This document shows positions 8,937 to 16,713 of a DNA stretch of 32,000 nucleotides, one piece after another. Location: positions 172,707 to 204,706 of the forward strand of contig NZ_FWWU01000011.1 in the NCBI RefSeq assembly GCF_900176165.1, read 5' to 3'. The notes under the pieces are model-generated. The model saw only the letters and a list, made by a program, of their open reading frames with translations, was not told where the DNA came from and searched no databases. Source of the DNA: Deinococcus hopiensis KR-140 (GTDB lineage Bacteria > Deinococcota > Deinococci > Deinococcales > Deinococcaceae). Each line of letters opens with the position of its first letter. Position 1 is the first letter of the stretch. Position numbers and translations under genes: made by a program.

Positions 8937-9420
8937 TCAGGGATCTTTTCTGCCTTCCCATAAATCTGTCGGTTGGATTCCCAGCAGACGCAGGTACACC
9001 ATGCCCTGCGCCCGGTGATGGACCCCATTCCCAATCTTCCCCAGGGCGGTCTCCAGGAGGGGTCCGTTCTGTCGATGGGATGCAATCCGTCCGCTGTACC
9101 GGCAGAGGGCAACGTCTGGCACTTCGGCCGCTATGCGGACGCTTAGCCCAGGCGCGGAGCAGATCCACCTTGTTTGTACTGGGGAGGGCTTCGCGCGTGA
9201 GAGGGCCCCAAGTGCCGTGGATGAGACCAACCACGATCTCCTCCGATTGTCCATGAATCTCCCAGGCAAGTTGCCCAAAACTTTGTACCGGAGGTGCTGG
9301 TGTGCAGCTGGGCAGCTGGGCAGGCTTCTATCACTTGCCGGGTTAATCGGCGGTGCCCCAGCCAGGGGTTCAGGAACTGAGTTGGGGAGAGCGGAATCAG
9401 CGGTCGATGTATGGGTCATG
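8937..9420 (-). pseudogene. DinB-family (DinB_2-like) gene, multiply frameshifted
   Basis: The C-terminus reads GKIGNGVHHRAQGMVYLRLLGIQP (the HHRGQ..YLR..G signature). Upstream homology lies in other frames: LSPTQFLNPWLGHRRLTRQVIEACPAAQL, then FGQLAWEIHGQSEEIVVGLIHGTWGPLTREAL...DLLRAW. This implies at least 3 frame changes. Confidence 0.5.
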
Positions 9421-9712
9421 TTGACTTCCGCGTCTAGCCTAATCCCGATTCCCGTCATCCCTTGACGTGAACAGGCCCCCCGTGACTCCGCGCTGTGCGA
9501 GGTGCCTTGCTTGACGTTCAGCATGTGTTGAAGCGTCATTTTCCTCAGCTTCTGCCCAGCGCTGAGGACGCGCCCTTTCCTGAAGGAGGTGGAGGGCTGG
9601 TCTGCATGGGCCCGCCGGAACCCGGTATCAATCTCTCCGTCTGGCTCATGGCGCTGTACGACCTCACCCTGATGCACGGAGGGCAAGCGCCACCCCTGGG
9701 CTTCACTGCCTC

Positions 9713-9744
9713 TTGACTCTGACACATATGTCAGGGTTTACCCT
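9713..9744 (+). promoter_or_regulatory. MerR-type promoter: -35 TTGACT, dyad CTGACAcataTGTCAG (9719-9734) inside a 20-nt spacer, -10-like TACCCT
   Basis: The inverted repeat sits inside an over-long -35/-10 spacer immediately upstream of the merR-family gene. This is the architecture typical of MerR-controlled promoters. Confidence 0.5.
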
Positions 9745-9750
9745 AAGGGC

Positions 9751-10146
9751 GTGGAGACGATGCGTATTGGTCAACTGGCAAAGGCGGCGGGCGTGAGCGT
9801 CCGGGCGATCCGCCACTACGACAGCCTTGGCCTTCTCACTTCCGCCCGCGAGGACAACCGGTACCGCACCTTTCAGGTGGACGATGTCGAGCGCGTTCAA
9901 CTGATTCAGCTGTTTCTCAAGGCCGGCTTCAAGCTGGAGGAGATTCGGGAGCGGGTGCCCTGCTTCCGGTACGGTCACACATCGCTGGACGCCCCAGCAG
10001 GGGAAGTGCGCGCCCTGTACGCCCTGAAAATTGCCGATGTCGAAGCGCAGATTGCCGTTCTGCAGCGCCTGCGTGACAAACTCCTCGCCGGCGCACAGCG
10101 CCTCGAGGCACAAACCCACCACAGTCCAGTCCGCTTCAGGGGCTGA
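9751..10146 (+). CDS. MerR family transcriptional regulator
   Basis: MRIGQLAKAAGVSVRAIRHYDSLGLLTSAREDNRYRTF HTH, plus a C-terminal coiled coil. The likely true start is ATG at 9760. Confidence 0.9.
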   Translation: METMRIGQLAKAAGVSVRAIRHYDSLGLLTSAREDNRYRTFQVDDVERVQLIQLFLKAGFKLEEIRERVPCFRYGHTSLDAPAGEVRALYALKIADVEAQIAVLQRLRDKLLAGAQRLEAQTHHSPVRFRG

Positions 10147-10214
10147 GCTCTGCTGCCGCCCCTGCGCCCCGGACGCTCCGGGCGCGCGTCCTTGCCCACA
10201 CCTCTGGAGTCCCC

Positions 10215-10985
10215 ATGAAGATCCAACAAATCCGCAACGCCACCCTGAAGCTCACCTACGCCGGCCAAACGTTCCTGATTGACCCCATGTTGGCCGAACA
10301 GGGCGCTTACCCTGGCCTGCAGGGGGCACCGAACAGCCATCTGAACAACCCGACCGTGGGTCTGGTCGTACCGCTCGACGAGCTGACGTCGGTGGACGCG
10401 GTCCTCGTGACGCACACGCACTTTGACCATTGGGATGAGGTGGCCAAAGCGCAACTGCCCAAACACCTGCCCGTCTTCGTGCAGCATGACGCAGACGGGC
10501 GGCTGGTGGCGGCCTCTGGATTCACCGACGTCCGGATGCTCGGCGACACGACCGAATTTGAAGGCATCACCCTGAGCAAAACAGCGGGCCAGCATGGCTC
10601 GGACGCCGCTATCGCGGCCATCGGCGGCCTGCTGGGTGAGGTGAGCGGCGTGGTGTTCCAGCATCCCAGCGAGAAGACGCTGTATCTGGCTGGGGATACC
10701 CTGTGGAATGGGCAGGTGGCGCAAGCGATCAAAGCCCATCAGCCGGACGTCATCGTCCTGAATGCTGGGGACGCCCAGATCACGGGGCTGGGCTCGATCA
10801 TCATGAACACGCAGGACGTGTTGGCGGTGCACCGGGCCGCGCCCCAGGCCACGCTGATCGCCACGCATCTGGAAGGGGTGGCGCACGCGGTGCTGTCTCG
10901 GAGCGAGCTGCGCGCGTTTGGAGCTGAGCAGGGCTTCGCCGCGCAGTTGCTCGTCCCGGAGGACGGCCAGACGATCGCGCTTTGA
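10215..10985 (+). CDS. MBL-fold metallo-hydrolase
   Basis: 256 aa with VLVTHTHFDHWD (HxHxDH). It lies downstream of merR on the same strand. Confidence 0.85.
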   Translation: MKIQQIRNATLKLTYAGQTFLIDPMLAEQGAYPGLQGAPNSHLNNPTVGLVVPLDELTSVDAVLVTHTHFDHWDEVAKAQLPKHLPVFVQHDADGRLVAASGFTDVRMLGDTTEFEGITLSKTAGQHGSDAAIAAIGGLLGEVSGVVFQHPSEKTLYLAGDTLWNGQVAQAIKAHQPDVIVLNAGDAQITGLGSIIMNTQDVLAVHRAAPQATLIATHLEGVAHAVLSRSELRAFGAEQGFAAQLLVPEDGQTIAL

Positions 10986-10997
10986 GCGGCCTCAAGC

Positions 10998-11322
10998 TTA
11001 AGTAGGCGGCGCTGGTCGAACGTCACCCACCACCCAATGCCCTGCGCTGCGCCCCGACTGTCCCAGAAGACGTTCTGGCTCGACAACACTTCCCCAACAC
11101 GGCACCCGCCTCACCGCAGCGCCTCTGGACCGCCTGCCCCCCAGCCCCTTGAAGCCACGAAGCCGTTTCTTTAATGGAACGCCTTGAGAGGCAGTACACG
11201 ACGCCGGCATCCCGGGGGTGCTTGGCCGGAATGAAGTTCAGGAGTTGCCCTTTGGGTTTTTCCTTGTTCGCGACCCGGTGCTGGATGTTGGAGCGATCAA
11301 AACTGGAGGCGAATCTGCTGAA
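10998..11322 (-). pseudogene. internal fragment of a RecQ-family helicase
   Basis: Own minus-strand translation: FSRFASSFDRSNIQHRVANKEKPKGQLLNFIPAKHPRDAGVVYCLSRRSIKETASWLQGAGGQAV. This matches the RecQ SFDRPN...QLL.FI...G.SGIVYCLSRK..E..A..L block. Both flanks lose frame, and no helicase motifs I-III or RQC/HRDC domain are present. Confidence 0.55.
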
Positions 11323-11485
11323 GGGAATGTCAGTGGGCGCTCACCGCACACCACGCTGTCTGGACTCCGGTGGGTCAGCGTGAAGGGGACAGCCACACCG
11401 CCCGTCCCCCAATCAAGGCGAGGGCACTGAACCCCCGGACCAGCCGTTCCTCCACGCCTCAATTCACCCATGACACCATAAGGGC

Positions 11486-11920
11486 ATGCCCCAAAACGAC
11501 GACCTGCCCCCGAGCCTCCACCATCAACAGGCCACCGTCACGATTACCGTTTACCCCGGACACCTCGTACGCCTCACCCCCGATCAACTCGGCGTGGACT
11601 TCGGCCTGAAGGACACCTGGCAGGTCATGCACAGCGGCAGCCTCGCCGTCCCCGGTGGACCCGAGAGCCTTACGCCGTACGGACTCCCCACCCAGCAGGA
11701 CGAGGGCAGCCTTGGCAACCTCTCCTGGATCACCCAGATCCTCGCGGGTTCGCAGGAACGCTTCACGCTCGTGCAGGTGGAGCAGGGCCAGGTCACGGCT
11801 CAAGCGGCCAGAGTAATCGCCCGTCTCTGGGCGTCGCCTCCGGACGGTTCTTTCCTACCGGAAGACGAAGTCCGTCAAGCGCAACTGCGCGCCATCATCG
11901 ATGACCAAAACGCCTGGTAA
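11486..11920 (+). CDS. hypothetical protein
   Basis: 144-aa ORF with strong G/C bias at third codon positions and normal amino-acid composition. I recognise no family. Confidence 0.6.
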   Translation: MPQNDDLPPSLHHQQATVTITVYPGHLVRLTPDQLGVDFGLKDTWQVMHSGSLAVPGGPESLTPYGLPTQQDEGSLGNLSWITQILAGSQERFTLVQVEQGQVTAQAARVIARLWASPPDGSFLPEDEVRQAQLRAIIDDQNAW

Positions 11921-12169
11921 ACGCTCCACACCCACCTCCACGACCTCCACACCGCATGGACCGGGTCTGTGAGCGCAGGCTTGGCCGCCTCGCGCTTCCT
12001 TCTCGCCCGTTCGTTTCGCTGCCGTGTGGGCCACCGCAAAAGCACGGTGCTCATCTCCGCCGTACTCCTCAAAGGCATGATTGAACGCTTTCAAAAACGT
12101 CTCCTGCTGATGAGCCGTGTACTGATCCACCTGCGACTGTGGCAGCTCCTCGACATTCTGGTAAGGCAT
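11855..12169 (-). CDS. chaB: ChaB family protein
   Basis: MPYQNVEELPQSQVDQYTAHQQETFLKAFNHAFEEYGGDEHRAFAVAHTAAKRTGEKE matches the ChaB pattern (MPY..dLP...lP.haq..f..afN.a...y). The roughly 45-aa tail overlaps the convergent ORF and may be read-through. Confidence 0.7.
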   Translation of the reverse strand: MPYQNVEELPQSQVDQYTAHQQETFLKAFNHAFEEYGGDEHRAFAVAHTAAKRTGEKEARGGQACAHRPGPCGVEVVEVGVERLPGVLVIDDGAQLRLTDFVFR

Positions 12170-12273
12170 ACCTTTCATGCTGACCGTCAATCCTAAGAGC
12201 AAACGTTGCCCTCACCAAAGAGCATCCAACCCGGAACCAGGCCATCCCCAAACTGAGGTTCTTCCACCCTCGG

Positions 12274-12757
12274 ATGCCCGCCGCACCCATGCCTGAAGAC
12301 CGCCCGGCCGTCCGCCTCGTCGCGAACGGCGCCTGCTCCGGCAACCCTGGCCCCGGAGGCTGGGCCTGCATCCTCACCCTGGACGCCCACCGCAAAGAAC
12401 CCTCCGGCGGCGAAACCCAGACCACACAACCTCATGGAACTCAGCGCTCTGCCCGAAGGCTTACGCGCCCTGCCAGGTCCACAGTCGTCAGTGATTCCAG
12501 GTCCGTGATCGGTGCCTTCGAGAAAGGCGGGCTGGGCAACTCGCAGCGCAGGACGTGGAAGAACGTCAAGAACCCGGACCTCTGGCAGGCCCTCCTCCTG
12601 ACCGCCTGGCCTCACACGCTCACGTTTGAGTGGGTGCAGGGTCATGCAGGACATCCAGAGAATGAACGCGCGGACCAGCTTCGCCGTACAAGCCCGTGAC
12701 GCGGCTGCCAAAGTCCCAGGCGCTCCCCGGCCAGGCCCCACGGGCGGCTTCTTTTAA
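12274..12757 (+). pseudogene. rnhA: RNase HI, degenerate
   Basis: The gene is recognisable from GACSGNPGPGGWA...WVQGHAGHPENERAD. Four lesions are visible. The first catalytic Asp is Asn (VANGAC). The TT-NLMELSALPEGLRALPGP block, which holds the catalytic Glu, is only readable in the +1 frame. Conserved Trp residues are substituted (EKGGLGNSQRRTWK). The natural C-terminus AVQARDAAAK... is in another frame. Confidence 0.7.
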
Positions 12758-12818
12758 CGCGCGTCCGGGAATATACGTCAATCCCTGACGCCAAGACCCG
12801 GTACGCTGTCTCGCAGCA

Positions 12819-15185
12819 ATGGTCCGCCGCTCCGTCCCACTCCCCACCCTGACGGCGCGCCCCCTGACAAACGCTGGCATCGTCTCCGTCCACGCCACCG
12901 CCAATGGGCAAGTCACCGTCTGGCAGCGCGAAGCAGACGCCGGAATCCTGCACACCCGGCATGTTCAGCAGCGCGGCTGGATCTACGCCCGGCACCTGCA
13001 CGACCTGCAGCACCTCGGCGACCAGCTCACCATCACGCCGGATCCTCCACGGGAGAGCGTCACATATCACGCCCAGGACCTCGCGCCAGATGGCAACGTC
13101 GCAGAACGGGCGTACCGTTACCTCCTCAGCGGCCCGAGCCCCCGTCACCTCGAAACCGAGATCCTGCGGAGCGCCACGGCCGCACGCCAGCAGACCCGCC
13201 GCCTCTCCCTCGGTGACTTAAGCGGTTACCTCCGCCTGGGTTTTGCGGAGCAGTACCTCATCACCACCCGCCAGACCTATCATCAGGGCCTCACCTTCGA
13301 TCACCCCGTCCGCTTGCAATTCGACCTCGAAACCACCGCCCTCAGCCCAGAGCAAGGCCGCATCTTCCTGATCGCCGTCCGCGACAACCGGGGTCTGGAA
13401 ACGTTGCTCGAAGCCCGCCGAGCCGCCCAGGAAGGGGAGATGATCGAGCAACTGCTCGACCTCATCCAGACCCGTGATCCGGACGTCATCGAGAACCACT
13501 TCATCCATGGCTTCGACCTGCCCTTCATCACGGCCCGGGCCCGTAAGCTCGGTATTCCCTTCCGACTCGGCCGGACTGGTGACGGCCTCCCCTGGACCAT
13601 CGAGGATGGAAGCCGTACGCCCGTCTGGACCTGCGCGGGACGAGAAATCCTGGACACCCTGGATGCCGTTCGCCGCTTACCTCTCCCGTCCAGTGGCTTA
13701 AAGGCCGTCGCCCAGTACTACGGCATTGCTCCTGAGGACCGCGTGTACATCGAGGGCGCGGAAATCGTGAGCACCTACCGCGACAACCCAAAGGCCGTTC
13801 GGCAGTACGCCTTGCAAGACGTACAGGAAGTCGACGCGCTTGCCCGTATCGTCCTTGCTCCAAGTTTCGCTCTGGCCCGGCTCACGCCCCGGCCGTACCA
13901 CCGCTTGACCCGGGCAGGCCCGGCCAAAGGCGTGCTGGAGCCCATGCTCATCCGCGCCTACCACGAAGCAGGACGGCCCTTCCCGGCTTCAGATCCCGGG
14001 CACCAGGAGCCCCACCGTGGCGGTCACGTGCAACTCCACGCGGAAGGCGTCCTCACGCACGTCGTCAAGGCAGACGTGGCGAGCATGTACCCCAGCATCA
14101 TTCGCGCCCAGGGGATTGGACCTCAGCAGGACGAACTCCAGGCTTTCAACCGCATCGTCAGTGACTTGACGGCTCAACGGTTGAATCACAAACGGCAGGC
14201 GAAGAACGCCGCGTTGAGCGAGGCCGAACGCCGCGAGCACCACGCCATGCAGGACGCCATGAAGCTCGTCGTCAATGCCGCTTATGGGTATTTGGGTGCA
14301 GGGCGACTCGCCCGAATGGGAGACCGGGCGGCCGCCGACCAGGTCACCGCCCGGGGCCGTGCCCTCCTGCAGCAAGTCACGAGTGAACTCGAAGCCCGCG
14401 ACGTCCAACTCATCGAGTCAGACACGGATGGTGTGTACTTCAGCACGCGGGCCCACATCGGGGAGCAGGCGGAACGTGACCTCATCGCGCAGGTCTCCGC
14501 CACGCTGCCGGAAGGCATCACGCTGGAGTTTGACGGCCGCGCCCAGGCGATGCTCAGCCACCAGATCAAGAACTACGTCCTGCTCCGGTACGACGGCACG
14601 CTCGATCTGAGCGGCGCGTCCTTCGAGTCCAGTCGGTCCGAGCGCTACGGCATGCTCTTCCTCCGAGAGGCACTGCTCGCGCTCCTGCAAGGTGATGTGC
14701 CGGGTGTCCAGGCCGCCTTTGAGCGCACCGCGTCCCAGCTTGCCACCCGGGCCTACACGAACGCAGACGTTGGCACACGCGTCCGTCTCGGAAAGAACCG
14801 CGAGGCGTACGCGCAAACCCGGGCAAGCCGCAAGGAAGCCCACCTCGAAGCCGCCTGGCAGGCCGGACTCGCCTTCATCACTGGGGACCGCGTTTCCCTC
14901 TACGTCCGGGAGGGCCGAGGCCTCACCGTCATGACAGACCCAGGTGCGCACGACTACGGTCTCAAGCACTACCAGAACGCCCTCGTGCAGAATTACGCCA
15001 CCCGGCTCAAGAAGGCGCTGGATCCGGCCGACTGGGAGCAGTTGTTCTCAGGACGAGGCCCCGGCTTGTTTGACCGTCCCGTGCACGACATGCAGGTCCG
15101 CTGGTCCCCCGTCCACGAGGAACACGCGGAGGTGTCAGCGACTTTTGGCCGCGCCCCCAACGCCAACGGTCCACCCTCCTCTTGA
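12819..15185 (+). CDS. polB: family B DNA polymerase, Pol II-like, with 3'-5' exonuclease domain
   Basis: 788 aa. Motifs found: ExoI FDLET, ExoII NHFIHGFDLPF, ExoIII YALQDVQEV, motif A DVASMYPSIIRA, motif B KLVVNAAYGYLG, motif C ESDTDGVYF, KxY QIKNYVLL. Motif order and protein length parallel E. coli Pol II. Confidence 0.9.
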   Translation: MVRRSVPLPTLTARPLTNAGIVSVHATANGQVTVWQREADAGILHTRHVQQRGWIYARHLHDLQHLGDQLTITPDPPRESVTYHAQDLAPDGNVAERAYRYLLSGPSPRHLETEILRSATAARQQTRRLSLGDLSGYLRLGFAEQYLITTRQTYHQGLTFDHPVRLQFDLETTALSPEQGRIFLIAVRDNRGLETLLEARRAAQEGEMIEQLLDLIQTRDPDVIENHFIHGFDLPFITARARKLGIPFRLGRTGDGLPWTIEDGSRTPVWTCAGREILDTLDAVRRLPLPSSGLKAVAQYYGIAPEDRVYIEGAEIVSTYRDNPKAVRQYALQDVQEVDALARIVLAPSFALARLTPRPYHRLTRAGPAKGVLEPMLIRAYHEAGRPFPASDPGHQEPHRGGHVQLHAEGVLTHVVKADVASMYPSIIRAQGIGPQQDELQAFNRIVSDLTAQRLNHKRQAKNAALSEAERREHHAMQDAMKLVVNAAYGYLGAGRLARMGDRAAADQVTARGRALLQQVTSELEARDVQLIESDTDGVYFSTRAHIGEQAERDLIAQVSATLPEGITLEFDGRAQAMLSHQIKNYVLLRYDGTLDLSGASFESSRSERYGMLFLREALLALLQGDVPGVQAAFERTASQLATRAYTNADVGTRVRLGKNREAYAQTRASRKEAHLEAAWQAGLAFITGDRVSLYVREGRGLTVMTDPGAHDYGLKHYQNALVQNYATRLKKALDPADWEQLFSGRGPGLFDRPVHDMQVRWSPVHEEHAEVSATFGRAPNANGPPSS

Positions 15186-15317
15186 AGACCACGCCCTGCG
15201 GTGGCGGCCTGCTTCAAGGAAGGGTGGAGACGCATTCCCAGCACCTCTGGTCCTCCGTTTGCCCTGCAATCAGGCAAAGGCAGCGATCCACCCTTCCCTT
15301 GCCCTTCTAAAGCACCC

Positions 15318-15732
15318 GTGAACTTGACCCCGCTGCTCTCCAAGAGCGCGTTCGTCCTCCTCTCGACCAGCCTCAGCGCCAGGCTCGCCATCACCGGCTA
15401 TACCCTCCAGAACCCCCGCGTCCGCTCCCCCTGGGTCCTCATCCTCCTTGCCCTCCTCAGCGCTGCGGGCTTCATTGCCCTCAACCCGGGCGTGTCGCTC
15501 CCGCCCTTTACCCTCTCCCTGGCGCCACTCCTGCACACGGTCTCCCTCCTGGCCGTCAGTGTCCTCGCCAGCCTGGTCTGCCTGATCCTCGCGGCCGTGC
15601 GCGCACAGCACTCAAGGCGCCACACGACCAGCCCCCTCTGCGACAACCTTCCGGCTCCTCCATTTGGCGGATGTTTGTCCTGGGTGTCACGGGTACGCTC
15701 ATTTCATCCCACAACAAGAGCCGACCGGGTGA
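15318..15732 (+). CDS. putative small membrane protein (about 3 TM segments), C-terminus uncertain or frameshifted
   Basis: From GTG at 15318: VNLTPLLSKSAFVLLSTSLSARLAITG...WVLILLALLSAAGFIAL...LLHTVSLLAVSVLASLVCLILAAV, with very high GC3. This frame has no stop before 16742. The +1 frame (...CPGCHGYAHFIPQQEPTG*) stops at 15730-15732, just before a terminator hairpin. Confidence 0.35.
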
Positions 15733-15743
15733 AGTCGGCGGGC

Positions 15744-15765
15744 AGCCCTCTTCGAGGGCTTTTAT
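15744..15765 (+). terminator. rho-independent terminator-like hairpin
   Basis: AGCCCTC-ttc-GAGGGCT followed by TTTAT. It is preceded by a second hairpin, GCCGAC...GTCGGC (15720-15739). Confidence 0.55.
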
Positions 15766-15988
15766 GCTGGCGCGGGCGCTCACCCCTTGACGCGAGCGCC
15801 CATCTCCACCCGCACAGATCCCCCTGCCAGAAGACGGTCAGACCCGCGTTGGTACACCTGGGATGTGGCTTCAGGGAACGTTGTTCCCAGGTTCCCCGGC
15901 GTGCTGCGCGAACGCCACCCAACTTGCCTCTCGAGCCCTGCTTCAACGCGAGCCCCTTGCGGCAACCCCCGTGCATTACCCTGAGTCC

Positions 15989-16225
15989 ATGCTCAAAGAC
16001 GATATGGCCATTCACGCTGGTATCCCCGAAAAAGCCGTCAAGGCGGCCCTCCAGAAACTCAAAGACGACCAGGCCTACGAAGGCATCACCTGGGATCTCG
16101 GCAAAACCCGGGTGGGCCGCCCCATCAAGGTCTACTTCGAAGCGGAAACCATGCCGCAGATCCACGCGGCCAAGAAACGCCTCGAGCAGCTCCTGGACGA
16201 AGCGGGATTTGACCTCTACCCCTGA
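15989..16225 (+). CDS. small hypothetical protein, possibly DNA-binding
   Basis: MLKDDMAIHAGIPEKAVKAALQKLKDDQAYEGITWDLGKTRVGRPIKVYFEAETMPQIHAAKKRLEQLLDEAGFDLYP. GC3 is high and a terminator follows. The listed 120-aa ORF start is probably too far upstream. Confidence 0.55.
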   Translation: MLKDDMAIHAGIPEKAVKAALQKLKDDQAYEGITWDLGKTRVGRPIKVYFEAETMPQIHAAKKRLEQLLDEAGFDLYP

Positions 16226-16246
16226 AGCCAGCCAAGACAGGCTTCC

Positions 16247-16270
16247 AGCGCCCTCAAAGGGCGCTTTGTC
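16247..16270 (+). terminator. rho-independent terminator-like hairpin
   Basis: AGCGCCCT-caa-AGGGCGCT (perfect 8-bp stem) followed by TTGTC. Confidence 0.55.
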
Positions 16271-16469
16271 GTCTCCAGGCCTGACTCCGCCCGCCTCCCA
16301 CCGAGGTGCGGGAGGAGCCCCCTTTCCACATCTGCACACCTCCAGGACGATCACCTCTTCGGTGTTCCAGCAACCGTGCGCAGCGTCCGCCACACCCACC
16401 CCGGCCCTGCGCGCACTCCCGCAAGCGATCCTTCATGCTGCTGAACGGGGTGACCGGATTGAACGTCCG

Positions 16470-16713
16470 TCACGCCGCGCATCGGTGCTCAACCCACAGG
16501 CCAACCCGAGCGGAGCAACCGGGAAAAACGGTGACCCAGAGGAGATGGAACGGCTGATCCACAAACCGCATCACTCCGGGCAAGGCTTCGGTAGACTCCA
16601 CGTCCAACCAGTACTCAATGTCCGCGCTCACCGCGTACTCCGGCTCATCGGGGAACAGTTCCTGCCAGACCTCCCAGGCCGCTGCACGGACGTCCTCACG
16701 GGACCCCAGATAG
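16470..16713 (-). pseudogene. 3' part of a small acidic-protein gene split by IS701 copy 2
   Basis: Joins in frame to 18082-18174 once the IS and one ATAG repeat are removed. Details are in the findings. Confidence 0.6.

Noticed and set aside
9975-10886. 303-aa minus-strand ORF
   Set aside because: It is antisense to the merR and MBL-hydrolase genes, both of which have clear family motifs.
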